Source: a candidate division FCPU426 bacterium (GTDB lineage Bacteria > Oederibacteriota > Muellerivitia > Muellerivitales > Muellerivitaceae). Taken from it: DNA of 64,000 nt. Both the position numbers and the translations under genes were made by a program. The notes under the pieces are model-generated. The model saw only the letters and a list, made by a program, of their open reading frames with translations, made no database searches and was not told where the DNA came from. This document shows, piece by piece, positions 19,619-29,346 of the stretch. Location of the stretch: assembly GCA_963847625.1 (NCBI GenBank), contig CAWKAR010000022.1, forward strand, positions 34,405 through 98,404, in the 5' to 3' direction. The number at the start of each line of letters is the position of its first letter. Positions within the stretch are counted from its first letter, which is position 1.

Positions 19619-20401
19619 TTATCGGAGGGCCTTTAAGACTTGGTTGTGGGTCAGGCCGTTGCTGGAGACGGCATTCCCTCCATATATAGTGTTCCTGCCC
19701 GATAGATCGGTGAATTTACCGCCAGCTTCCTCCACGCAAATCTTGATAGCCGCTACGTCATAGGGTTTCACGAGCGGATCCACCATGGCTTCCACCATCC
19801 CCTGGATCACCAGGGAATGCCCGAAGCAATCCCCGAAACCGCGGTCGTCATAGCATTTCGCGACTAACCGGCCCAGCTTGGGCCTGTAGGATAAAGGAAC
19901 CAGTCTTAAACCTCCGTAAGTCAGGGTGCCCCCTTTCAAATGGGGAATTTTAGACACCCGGGATCTTTTTCCATTGGTGTAACAACCTATTCCCCTGGCC
20001 GCCTCAATCGTGAGCCGGTAGGCCGGATGATGGATTACCCCGGCAATGACTTCCCCCCGGTATTCCAAGGCCACCAATGTTCCCCAAAAAGGAATACCCC
20101 GGATAAATTGCCTGGTTCCATCCACAGGGTCGATCCACCAGCGGAATTCCGCTTTCTGACGTTTATCCCAACCGTATTCCTCCCCACACAACTGGTGAGA
20201 AGGATGCGCCTTGCCGATGATCCGGCGGATCACTTGTTCAGCTTCCCGGTCAGCCCGAGTCACAGGAGACCGGTCGATCTTTTTGGAAATCGAAACATTT
20301 TTTCGGAAATACTTGAGCGCCCTTATCCCCCCCTGGCTTGTGGCCTGATGGGCAAGGGCCAGGAAAGTTTTTAATTGATCGCGGGAAAAGGATGAAGGCA
20401 T
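19619..20401 (-). CDS. Inositol-monophosphatase-family protein, HisN-like histidinol-phosphatase
   Basis: SPVTRAD, GEE, WWIDPVDGT, GIPFWGTL, KPYDVAA, EEAGGKFTD motifs. Confidence 0.85.
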   Translation of the reverse strand: MPSSFSRDQLKTFLALAHQATSQGGIRALKYFRKNVSISKKIDRSPVTRADREAEQVIRRIIGKAHPSHQLCGEEYGWDKRQKAEFRWWIDPVDGTRQFIRGIPFWGTLVALEYRGEVIAGVIHHPAYRLTIEAARGIGCYTNGKRSRVSKIPHLKGGTLTYGGLRLVPLSYRPKLGRLVAKCYDDRGFGDCFGHSLVIQGMVEAMVDPLVKPYDVAAIKICVEEAGGKFTDLSGRNTIYGGNAVSSNGLTHNQVLKALR

Positions 20402-20502
20402 GGCGGGGCTATTTTACAGGTGGGGTTGGGGGCGGAAAACAAAAAAGGACGCCCTTCTGCGCCTTCTTTTATGAATTATATTTCGTTTAGCAGTGAATAA
20501 TA

Positions 20503-20979
20503 TCAAGCCAGGCGGGAAATATCGTTCAAAGCCTTGGGAAAAAGCCTGATAAGTTCTTGTTTTTCTCCTAGGGTTAAGTCCTCGAATTCAAAACCCGGTG
20601 CCACGGTCATGCCCATCAACGCGAAATTGCCTCCCTCGTTCAAATAACCCCCGAACCAAGTTCCGGCTTTCACCACCGTTTGAAGTTGCTGGCCATGCTC
20701 CACTAGGCTCCCCATGACGGTTTTCTCGGTCTTTCCGTTTTCCTTTAACAAAACCCAAGTAACCGGATCGCCCAGGTAGAAATGAATCACCTCGTCGGAA
20801 AGTAGTTTATGCAGTTTTGAAACCGATCCGGAAACCAGCAGATAATAAATGGATGTGGAATAAACCCGCTCCGGATTGATTCCCGGGATGGATACGGGGC
20901 TTTTATAGGTTTCCCGGAAAAACCCCCCCTCGGGATGGGGTTTTAAATTCAGGATTTTGACCAATTGATCTGCGGTCAT
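20503..20979 (-). CDS. Cupin_5 (DUF985) family protein
   Basis: LKPHPEGGFFRET, TSIYYLL, SDEVIHFYLG, VAPGFEFED motifs. Confidence 0.92.
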   Translation of the reverse strand: MTADQLVKILNLKPHPEGGFFRETYKSPVSIPGINPERVYSTSIYYLLVSGSVSKLHKLLSDEVIHFYLGDPVTWVLLKENGKTEKTVMGSLVEHGQQLQTVVKAGTWFGGYLNEGGNFALMGMTVAPGFEFEDLTLGEKQELIRLFPKALNDISRLA

Positions 20980-21038
20980 TTAAATAAACCTCAGCCTCTC
21001 AGGTACTTATTCCAGGCAACTTTTTTAAAATAAAAAAT

Positions 21039-22136
21039 TCAAACCCCAAAGGAAACGTTGATTTTTTTGGCGGTCAGGACCAGCTCATGGCCCAGCGGAA
21101 CCTTGCTTATTTTCCCACCCACTTCGGAAATAGGCACTGATCCCAAGACCCCATGATGCCAGGTGACCATCCGGCCGAAATGCCGTTTCAACACCAGTTC
21201 CATGGCCCGCACCCCGAAAAGGGTGGCCAATATCCTGTCAAAGGAAGTCGGCGTGCCCCCCCGAAGGACATGGCCCAGGATGACGGCCCTAGTTTCCATC
21301 CCCGACTTGGATTCCAAGCGCTCGGCGAGCACCCGGCTGATTCCGCCGAGGCGTATTTTTTCCGGGGACATCGGATTGACCCGGTCCACCACTATCTTGC
21401 CCTTGCGGGGATAAGCTCCCTCCGCCACCACGATGATGCTGCTTTTCCTCCCCCGGTTATACCGGTCTTCGATGACTTCGAGTATTTTCCCTTCATCATA
21501 GGGGATCTCCGGGATGAGGATGATGTCCGCGCCTCCTGCGATTCCCGACCTCAAGGCCAACCAGCCGGCGTAGCGGCCCATCACCTCCACTACCATGACC
21601 CGGTGGTGGGAAGCTGCGGTGGTATGGAGGCGGTCAATGGCCTCTGTGGCGATGTGGACCGCCGTATCGTGGCCGAAGGCCTGGTCCGTTCCGACCAAGT
21701 CGTTGTCGATGGTCTTGGGAACCCCCACGACGTGCAAACCCTTGCGGCTGAACCGCTCTGCCACGGTCATGGTGCCGTCCCCGCCCAAAACCACCAGGAC
21801 TTCGATGCCATGGTTATTGAGGTTCTCGAGAACCTCATTGCTCCGATTCCGGCGGAGAATCCGGCCGTAAGGGTCCTTTTCCAGCATCCGGAAAGGGTCG
21901 TCCTTGTTGGAGGAGCCTAGGATGGTCCCGCCTAAAGTCAGGATATTGGAAACGTCGTCGTTTCCCAATATCTTGGTGGAATCTTGCATCATGCCCAGGA
22001 ACCCGTCCCTGAACCCGATGACCTCGATTCCCTCACAAACCGCGCTTCGGACGACCGCCCGGATCACGGCGTTCAAACCAGGGCAATCGCCGCCGCCGGT
22101 TAGAATGCCGATTCGTTTGATGCGGGAGGGGGACAT
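21039..22136 (-). CDS. pfkA: 6-phosphofructokinase (PfkA family)
   Basis: TGGGDCPGLN, GGDGT, PKTIDND, EVMGR, LGHVLRGG motifs. Confidence 0.93.
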   Translation of the reverse strand: MSPSRIKRIGILTGGGDCPGLNAVIRAVVRSAVCEGIEVIGFRDGFLGMMQDSTKILGNDDVSNILTLGGTILGSSNKDDPFRMLEKDPYGRILRRNRSNEVLENLNNHGIEVLVVLGGDGTMTVAERFSRKGLHVVGVPKTIDNDLVGTDQAFGHDTAVHIATEAIDRLHTTAASHHRVMVVEVMGRYAGWLALRSGIAGGADIILIPEIPYDEGKILEVIEDRYNRGRKSSIIVVAEGAYPRKGKIVVDRVNPMSPEKIRLGGISRVLAERLESKSGMETRAVILGHVLRGGTPTSFDRILATLFGVRAMELVLKRHFGRMVTWHHGVLGSVPISEVGGKISKVPLGHELVLTAKKINVSFGV

Positions 22137-22138
22137 TT

Positions 22139-22654
22139 TTACTTGATGCCGAGAAGCTCGACGTCAAAGATCAAGGTGGCGTTCGGGGGAATGGCATTGC
22201 CCGCGCCGCGTTCGCCGTAGCCCAATTCGGACGGAATGGTCAATTTGCGTTTTTCGCCGACCTTCATGCCAGCCACGCCCTCATCCCATCCCTTGATGAC
22301 ATTCCCAGCCCCCAGGTTGAACTCGAAAGGTTGCCCCCGGTCCACCGAGCTGTCGAACTTGGTTCCGTTGGTCAGCCATCCGGTGTAATGAACCGAAACC
22401 GTTTGGCCGGCTTGGGCGGCGGGGCCCTTCCCTTTCTTCAAGATTTGGTATTTCAGGCCGGAAGCGGTCGTCACCACCTTGGAAGCAGCTTTGGCTTTCT
22501 TGGAAACGACTTTGGACGTCGAGGCAGTCGGGGTCTGCTTATCCGCCGGGGTTTTGCCCGCGGATGTATTGTCCTGCGCCTTCGAGTAACTGGCCATAAA
22601 AGTTAATACTCCTATCAAAGAGATAAAGGCAAAAATGGCTTTACGGTAAAACAT
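22139..22654 (-). CDS. Exported FKBP-type peptidyl-prolyl isomerase
   Basis: Signal peptide, then [40 protein letters not shown] before the ATG at 22654 (ORF track start 22849 is too far upstream). Confidence 0.93.
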   Translation of the reverse strand: MFYRKAIFAFISLIGVLTFMASYSKAQDNTSAGKTPADKQTPTASTSKVVSKKAKAASKVVTTASGLKYQILKKGKGPAAQAGQTVSVHYTGWLTNGTKFDSSVDRGQPFEFNLGAGNVIKGWDEGVAGMKVGEKRKLTIPSELGYGERGAGNAIPPNATLIFDVELLGIK

Positions 22655-22806
22655 GTAAATCCTCCCTGGCGATGATTGAACAAACCGCAAGAAAGTATAA
22701 CCGAAGGAATAATCGAATGGACCGGGAAAATAGAGGCACAGAAAAACCTTTTGCTCATCTTCCTGACAGGATGCAGGAAGGTTCAAGTTCAGGCAAGTGA
22801 ACCGCC

Positions 22807-22834
22807 TTGTCAAGCCCCTGAATATTATTATAAT
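22807..22834 (+). promoter_or_regulatory. Sigma70-type promoter for the small-gene/aldolase/dehydrogenase operon
   Basis: TTGTCA-N16-TATAAT. Confidence 0.6.
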
Positions 22835-22866
22835 GTCACTCCCATTCATTATCGCGGAGACAGGTC

Positions 22867-23076
22867 ATGGCCATCCCAGGATATATCGACTACAAGCGCA
22901 GGGAATTTTGCAAGGACGTGAAGTGCCCTGTCCAGGTGGAAATGGACATAAAAAAAGAGGGTACAGAGGAATATGAAAAGCTGAGGCGGGACTGCCAGGT
23001 TGCCTGCCGCTACACCACCTATCAATTTCACCACTGGCTCATCAAAAAAGGCTATGAAATCGCAAGGCCGGCGTAA
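22867..23076 (+). CDS. Small Cys/His-rich hypothetical protein
   Basis: 69 aa, GGAG SD, Cx4C...Cx3C...HH; first gene of the aldolase operon. Confidence 0.75.
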   Translation: MAIPGYIDYKRREFCKDVKCPVQVEMDIKKEGTEEYEKLRRDCQVACRYTTYQFHHWLIKKGYEIARPA

Positions 23077-23097
23077 CTTCATTTCAGGAGGCGTGTT

Positions 23098-23893
23098 ATG
23101 GACTGGGGCAAAAAAAACCGACTTTCCAAACTGATCCAAAGGGACGGGCATTGTTTTTACATGCCCATTGACCACGGGTATTTTCTGGGGCCCACCCGCT
23201 ACCTTGAAAAACCCGGGGAAACCATCAAGCCCCTGCTGGAATACTGCGACGCCCTCTTTCGTGACCAGGGGCGTCCTACGCGCCTGCGTGATCCCGGAAG
23301 GCAGCAAGCCGATCATCCTGAGGGTGTCGGGCGGCACGAGCGTGATTGGCAAGGACCTGGCCAACGAATCGATCACCACTTCCATCGAGGAAATCATCCG
23401 CCTCAACGCGACCGCTGTCGGGCTTTCGGTATTCATTGGCAGCGATTATGAGAACCAGACCCTGATGAACCTCTCCAAGCTTGTCAATGAATGCGCAACC
23501 TACGGGATACCCGTGATGGCCGTGACAGCCGTGGGCAAGGAGTTGGAAAAACGGGATGCCCGCTACCTGGGTCTCTGCTGCCGCATCGCCGCCGAATTGG
23601 GGGCCGACGTGGTGAAGACCTACTGGTGCCCCGATGGGTTCGACAAGGTCGTGGCTGGTTGCCCCGTGCCGGTGGTGATGGCCGGCGGGCCCAAATGCGA
23701 GACCCAGAAGGAAGTCTTTGATTTCGTGTACGACGGCATGCAGAAAGGCGCCATCGGCCTCAACCTCGGCCGGAACGTCTGGCAGGACCCGCATCCGGTC
23801 GCGGTCGAGAGGGCATTGTGGGGTATCATCCATGAAAAAAAGAACGCCAAGCAGGCATTTGATCTTTACAACGAAGTCAAGAACTCGAAATAA
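23098..23893 (+). CDS. LsrF/DhnA-like class I aldolase/thiolase, frameshifted near 23257
   Basis: MDWG...NRLS...DHGYF.GP in one frame and VTRGVLR...AELGADVVKTY...AGGPK...GRNVWQ in another; removing one T from CTCTTTCGTG joins them. Confidence 0.88.
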
Positions 23894-23905
23894 GAGCGGT
23901 TTAAA

Positions 23906-24932
23906 ATGCGCGTAGCGATGTATTACAAAAACAACGATGTTCGCCTGCAGGAAATGCCAGCTCCGAAAATCGGGCCCTGGGGAAATGCTCGTGAAGATAC
24001 AAGCCAGCGGCATCTGCGGCAGCGACGTCCTGGAATGGTACCGCATCAAGAAGGCCCCCCTCGTGCTCGGGCATGAGGTCACAGGGGATGTCACCGAAGT
24101 GGGCGCGGGAGTGGAAAAATACAAGGTCGGGGACCGGGTCGCCGTTTCCCACCATGTCCCCTGCAACACCTGCCGATATTGCCTCAGCGGCAACCACACC
24201 GTCTGCGAAACCCTTCACACCACCCATTTTGACCCCGGCGGCTTTTCGGAATATGTCCGGGTACCCAAGATCAACGTGGACCGGGGGGTCTTTTTACTTC
24301 CTCCCGAAGTCTCCTACGAAGAGGGCTCCTTCATGGAACCGCTGGGATGCGTCCTGAGGGGGCAGAGGCTGGCGCGCCTGATGCCCGGGCAGACGGTGCT
24401 GGTGATGGGCAGCGGAATCTCAGGCCTCCTCCACGTGATGCTGGCAAAAGCCCTCGGTGCGGGCAGGGTTATCGCCACCGACGTTAGCCAGTACCGCCTG
24501 AACGCCGCCAGGAATCTGGGAGCCGACGCTCTCATCAACGCCAAGGAAGACGTGCCTTCGCGCCTGCTCGAGCTTAACGAAGGCAGACGGGCCGATCTTG
24601 TCATCGTTTGCACGGGAGCCATGCCGGCGTTCACGCAGGCCCTGAAGTCAGTGGACCATGGCGGTACCCTCATGTATTTCGCCACCACCGGCCCCGGGGA
24701 GACCCTGCCGGTGCCGATCAATGATTACTGGCGCAACGGCATCACCCTCCTGCCGTCCTACGGCAACAGCCCTTATGACGGCGAGGTCGCTATTTCGCTG
24801 ATCCATTCGGGCAGGGTTCCGGTCAAAAAAATGATTACCCACCGCCTAGGCCTGGCGGAAGCGGCTCAGGGGTTTCAACTCGTCGCCAGCGCCGGGGAAT
24901 CAATCAAAGTGATTATCGAACCCCAGAGATAG
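23906..24932 (+). CDS. Zn-dependent medium-chain dehydrogenase (threonine/sorbitol DH-like), frameshifted near 23975
   Basis: N-terminus MRVAMYYKNNDVRLQEMPAPKIG from ATG 23906 joins GEMLVKI after removing one base from GGGCCC; GICGSD, GHE, Cx2Cx2Cx7C, GSGISG motifs. Confidence 0.88.
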
Positions 24933-24946
24933 ATATCCGCCTCACG

Positions 24947-24975
24947 TTGACAGGCCCTCCTCCCGCGCCTAAGAT
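24947..24975 (+). promoter_or_regulatory. Sigma70-type promoter of the ABC exporter operon
   Basis: TTGACA-N17-TAAGAT, 18 nt before the ATG. Confidence 0.7.
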
Positions 24976-24993
24976 GCACCCTTTATATTCACC

Positions 24994-26010
24994 ATGAAAA
25001 CAGCCATCCGGGTTCAAAACCTATCGAAAAGCTTCAAGCGCCGCATCCGCCAGCCGGGCCTGGCCGGTGCTTTCAAGGCCCTTTTTTCCAGCCGTAGCGA
25101 GGAGCTTTACGCCGTCAGGAACCTCTCCTTTTCCATCCAACGGGGTGAGCGGGTGGGGTTGATCGGCGAGAATGGGGCGGGAAAATCCACTACCCTCAAG
25201 ATGCTCACGGGCATCCTAGTCCCCACCGGGGGAGAGTTGGAGGTCCTGGACCTCGTCCCCTGGAAGGAAAGGTCCCAGCTGGCCCTGAACATCGGGGTGG
25301 TCTTCGGCCAGCGACCCCAGCTTTTGTGGGATATCCCGGTTCGTGAGACCTTCCAGCTGTTGAAAACCATGTACCGGATCCCCTCCGACGTTTACGAGGC
25401 GGTTTACGGCGAGGCCTTGAAAAGATTGGGCCTGGAGCCCCTTCTGTCCACTCCCGTACGCCACCTTTCCCTCGGACAGCGCATGCGCTGTGACCTGACC
25501 GCGGCTCTCCTTCACGCGCCCGCCGTGGCCTTCCTCGACGAACCCACCATCGGATTGGATCTTTCCGTCCGGGAACAGGTCCGGGAATTTATCACCGATA
25601 TCCAGGAAAAATTCGGCACCACCCTCTTGATCACCACCCACGACCTGAAGGACATCACCGAAACCTGCGACCGCCTTCTGTTGCTGGACAATGGAAAATT
25701 GCTTTTCGACGGTTCCCTCCTGGCCTTCGAGAAGAAGTACGCGAGCGACCGCCGCATCGTGGCCGAACTTCAAAAGCCGGTGAGTGCGGAGGAAGTCCGA
25801 AACCTTTCCAAGGAAATCGCCTCTCTGGGAGGCACCCTCAAGGAAGCCCTGGGCCACCGGATCATCGTGGAACATAAGGAAGAAACCTCCGTTCCGGCGC
25901 TGACCCAGCTTCTTTTAAGCCGGCTCCCCGTGGTGGACCTGAACCTGGAAAAGACCGACATCGAGACCATTGTCACCCGGATATACCGTCAACCGGACGG
26001 GGAGGACTGA
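24994..26010 (+). CDS. ABC-2 type exporter ATP-binding subunit
   Basis: Walker A GENGAGKST, signature LSLGQ, Walker B FLDEPTIGLD. Confidence 0.95.
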   Translation: MKTAIRVQNLSKSFKRRIRQPGLAGAFKALFSSRSEELYAVRNLSFSIQRGERVGLIGENGAGKSTTLKMLTGILVPTGGELEVLDLVPWKERSQLALNIGVVFGQRPQLLWDIPVRETFQLLKTMYRIPSDVYEAVYGEALKRLGLEPLLSTPVRHLSLGQRMRCDLTAALLHAPAVAFLDEPTIGLDLSVREQVREFITDIQEKFGTTLLITTHDLKDITETCDRLLLLDNGKLLFDGSLLAFEKKYASDRRIVAELQKPVSAEEVRNLSKEIASLGGTLKEALGHRIIVEHKEETSVPALTQLLLSRLPVVDLNLEKTDIETIVTRIYRQPDGED

Positions 26011-26012
26011 CC

Positions 26013-26843
26013 ATGAGGGCCCTCGCCTCTCCCCTGAACTTTTCGGAAAAAATCTTCGGTTATTTCGCCCTCTTGAACCGGGCCCTCAAGGCCAATTTCG
26101 CCTATCGTTCCACCACGTTTCTCGGCCTTTTCACGGCCTCCCTGAGCTATGGGATCACGGTACTGGTCTGGAACCACGTCTACGTCCAGAGAGGGTCCAC
26201 CCTGGCCTTGCCCAAGGCTGAGATGTTCTCCTACCTGGCTCTGGCCTTTTGCCTCAACTACGTCCTTTCCATCAACATCGACCAGAGGGTGGGCCAGCGT
26301 ATCCGGATGGGTCTGATCGCCACCGACCTGTTGAAACCCGTTGATTTTCAGTTGTCCCAGGCGGTCCAAGCCTTGAGCGACAGCCTTTTCAATAGTTTCG
26401 TGGGTCTGGGCATCCTGGCGGTGGTGGCTTTCCTGTTAGGCCCCATGATCCTTCCCAAAAGCCCAGAGGCTTTTTGCTTGTTCTTCATCAGCCTTTTTCT
26501 GGCTTTCCTGGTCCAATACTCCATTGTTTTCATCTTTATTCAGGGGGCTTTTTACACCTACAGCGGCTACGGAATTTTCGCCTCCCGCATCGCCCTCCAC
26601 CAAACTTTTTCAGGTTTGCAGGCGCCCCTCACCCTTTATCCCCCCATCCTTTTTTCCATCGGCCGTTGGCTTCCCTTCCAGCACGTCGTTTACACGCCGA
26701 TCTCCCTTTACATGGGAAAGGTGCAGGGGGAGGCGGCGTGGAACCTTTTGGGCGAGCAGGCCCTTTGGGCCTTTGGCCTATATTTCACCGGAAAATGGGT
26801 CTTGCGAAAGGCTTTAGGGCAGTTGGAAATTCAGGGCGGTTGA
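26013..26843 (+). CDS. ABC-2 family permease (DUF990-like) 1
   Basis: Six TMs, IRMGLIATDLLKP, LPFQ, C-terminal IQGG typical of this family. Confidence 0.88.
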   Translation: MRALASPLNFSEKIFGYFALLNRALKANFAYRSTTFLGLFTASLSYGITVLVWNHVYVQRGSTLALPKAEMFSYLALAFCLNYVLSINIDQRVGQRIRMGLIATDLLKPVDFQLSQAVQALSDSLFNSFVGLGILAVVAFLLGPMILPKSPEAFCLFFISLFLAFLVQYSIVFIFIQGAFYTYSGYGIFASRIALHQTFSGLQAPLTLYPPILFSIGRWLPFQHVVYTPISLYMGKVQGEAAWNLLGEQALWAFGLYFTGKWVLRKALGQLEIQGG

Positions 26844-27652
26844 AGAAAAATTCGTTCTGGAGTTTTATGTTATCGGAATTGAAAATTTACTGGGCGACCT
26901 TTAACGCTTCGCTTCAGGCAAAGCTGGAGTACAAGCTGGATTTCCTGTTGGGTATCTTCACCTCCACCATGCTCCAATTGGCCGCGTTGGGTTTCCTTTG
27001 GGTCGTCTTCCACCAAACAACCAGCCTCCAAGGTTGGAACCAGACTCAGGTCCTGCTGCTCTTCGGCCTGACCGCCATGTCCCTGGGTCTATCTGAGCTT
27101 TTTTTCAACCATATTTGGATGGTGCCTTATTACATCGTCATGGGAGACCTGGACCGGCTGTTGGTTTATCCCGTGAAATCCCTTCCCTTTCTTTTGATTT
27201 CCCGGCCGGAGCTTCACTCCTTCGGAAACATGGCCACCGGATTGATCTTTACCGCAGTCTCCTTGGGAGCCCAACACATGCCCTGGTGGGATTGGGCCCT
27301 TGTTCCCCTTTGGGTCCTCAGTGGTTCGCTTATTTATACCTCGGTGTTGGTGATTTTTTGCAGCCTTTCCTTCAAGTTCGTGGGGCCCTATAGCTATACC
27401 CTGATGGTTCCCCACACCCTGCTCCAGGCCAGCCGCTACCCCTTGAGTATTTTTCCCGCTTGGGTGCATTACACGCTTTTGTTCCTGGTTCCTTACGGCG
27501 TTTTCAACTACCTGCCTGGTAACTGGGTATTCGGGAAGATCCTCTCGCCCGGTTACGTCCTCATCACGCCCCTGGTGGCCATCCTTTGCATGACCGTGGC
27601 CCAAAAAGCATGGACCTGGGGACTCACGCACTACCAAAGTACGGGCTCCTAA
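26840..27652 (+). CDS. ABC-2 family permease (DUF990-like) 2
   Basis: GW, GDLDRLLVYP, RYPLSIF, C-terminal YQSTGS; start at TTG 26840 (overlaps the upstream stop) or ATG 26867. Confidence 0.88.
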   Translation: MKKNSFWSFMLSELKIYWATFNASLQAKLEYKLDFLLGIFTSTMLQLAALGFLWVVFHQTTSLQGWNQTQVLLLFGLTAMSLGLSELFFNHIWMVPYYIVMGDLDRLLVYPVKSLPFLLISRPELHSFGNMATGLIFTAVSLGAQHMPWWDWALVPLWVLSGSLIYTSVLVIFCSLSFKFVGPYSYTLMVPHTLLQASRYPLSIFPAWVHYTLLFLVPYGVFNYLPGNWVFGKILSPGYVLITPLVAILCMTVAQKAWTWGLTHYQSTGS

Positions 27653-27671
27653 ATAAAACCGGCCTGAAAAT

Positions 27672-27705
27672 AAAAAAACCCGGGGACCAACTGCTTCCCC
27701 GGGTT
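27672..27705 (-). terminator. Intrinsic terminator
   Basis: 10-bp stem AACCCGGGGA / TCCCCGGGTT followed by a U-run on the minus strand. Confidence 0.8.
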
Positions 27706-27983
27706 GCCTACCTATACTTACTTTTGCTCATGGCCTGGGGATCATTCCCCGGGCAGGAAGGCCATAAAACTCTCTGATAAGGTTTTTTTTCATACCGGAA
27801 AGGGTCCGGCGTTTCAGATTGCCGTGTTACCTTTCTACCCTCTAGACGGCGAAAGTGAAATTTAATCCAAAAAAAGTGAATTTTTTTATCAAACCCATAT
27901 TTAAAATTCAGGGATTTGCTTAATACCCCCGGTTTTATTGAGGTTTAACCTGAAAAAAGGGGCTTCTACAAATGACTTCCGAG

Positions 27984-29333
27984 TTATTTTTCGCGATGAT
28001 TATTCTCTAGCCATTCCCTCAAGGAGTCATTATCCGGATCCATATCCAGGATTTTTTGATAGGCTTCCATTGATTTATCATAATAGATATGCGCCAACTT
28101 ATCCCATGCCGGTTTAAAACCAGGTTCCTTTTTAGTGGCTTTGATATACAAATCCAATGCCTCCAAGATCTCTCCTTCTTTTTCTTTTTTCTTACCCAAG
28201 TCAAGCAGTTGGCGGGCGCTCATATTCTCCTCATTCACAACTTTAAATTTGAGCAGAACAGGTTTTAAGGTTTCTTTGTTTGATAAGGATGAAACTGATT
28301 TGGGGTGGTCCCTGGACTGGTCAGTCTCTTGTTTGGAGTTTCGAGGGTTTTCATACGGGGGGAAAGACAGGGTCAGAGAAAGGCGCTGGACGTTTCCCAT
28401 ATCTCCCTCGAAGGTGAAGGAATAATCCAGTTGAAACCGGCCCAGGGCCGCGCCGGCTCCAAATCCCAGTCCATTCACGTCCCCCAAGTAGTTATCCTGC
28501 AAATCGGAGGAACAACCGGCCCGAATAAAGTAACTCCCCTGAAATGCGTACTCGAACCCGGCCTTAACGCTACTGACACCCTGGAATGCATTATCCAACT
28601 CGGCCGAGAGTAACAGCCTGTGGCGATCCCCCTCCGTCAACTCAATTCGGTAAGCCGCTCCCAATAGCAATTCCAAAGGAAGTTGATAAAACCCGCTTAC
28701 ATCCCCGATATTTTTCAGGTTCAATCCGAAGGATAGATCCGGGAGGGGTTTGGAGAGTAAACCCATGTCCCAAACCAAGCTCGAATAATCGTTGCCGCCG
28801 ATTTCCTGCTGGATCCATTGCGTTCGGAATCCGGCGAAAAGGAAATCCGCTATCGGGAAGCCGAAAGCGCCGCCAAAACTAAGGTCATAGGGGTCGTAAC
28901 TCCCCAATAAGATTCCTCCGGAATCCCTTTTTTCAATGGCTCCATAGTCGAAATAATTGAAGCCGAAGGCCAAAGTGCCGAGGTCGGATAAGGGATAAGC
29001 GACTTCGGCGGTTTCGTAATATCCGTTGGCGAGGTAGCTGTCATGCGTCAGGGATAATTCCGGGTGCCAAATTTGGGCCAAACCCGCAGGGTTATAGTGG
29101 TAAGCCGCTAAATCGTCCGCCACTGCGGCGAAGCTCTCCCCCATTCCTACCGCTCGGGCGCCCAATCCAATTGAAAGAACCGGAAAGGCGGTGGAACTGG
29201 ATGAATAAACGGTTTGCGCGGCCACTGGCATGGCCGCCAGGATCGCCAAGGGTAAGAACCAGGCAACAAGGACCCTGGAAAATTTTATTTTGGGGCAATA
29301 TTTAAATAACCATTTCAGGATTCGATAGTCCAT
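27984..29333 (-). CDS. PorV/PorQ-like outer-membrane beta-barrel with C-terminal TPR (module 1)
   Basis: Signal peptide; LSIGLGARAVGMGESFAAVADD...NPAGLA motif; amphipathic strands ending LDYSF...QRLSLTLSF; linker, then TPR helices ending DPDNDSLREWLE. Confidence 0.82.
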   Translation of the reverse strand: MDYRILKWLFKYCPKIKFSRVLVAWFLPLAILAAMPVAAQTVYSSSSTAFPVLSIGLGARAVGMGESFAAVADDLAAYHYNPAGLAQIWHPELSLTHDSYLANGYYETAEVAYPLSDLGTLAFGFNYFDYGAIEKRDSGGILLGSYDPYDLSFGGAFGFPIADFLFAGFRTQWIQQEIGGNDYSSLVWDMGLLSKPLPDLSFGLNLKNIGDVSGFYQLPLELLLGAAYRIELTEGDRHRLLLSAELDNAFQGVSSVKAGFEYAFQGSYFIRAGCSSDLQDNYLGDVNGLGFGAGAALGRFQLDYSFTFEGDMGNVQRLSLTLSFPPYENPRNSKQETDQSRDHPKSVSSLSNKETLKPVLLKFKVVNEENMSARQLLDLGKKKEKEGEILEALDLYIKATKKEPGFKPAWDKLAHIYYDKSMEAYQKILDMDPDNDSLREWLENNHREK

Positions 29334-29346
29334 CTTTTTACCCCAA

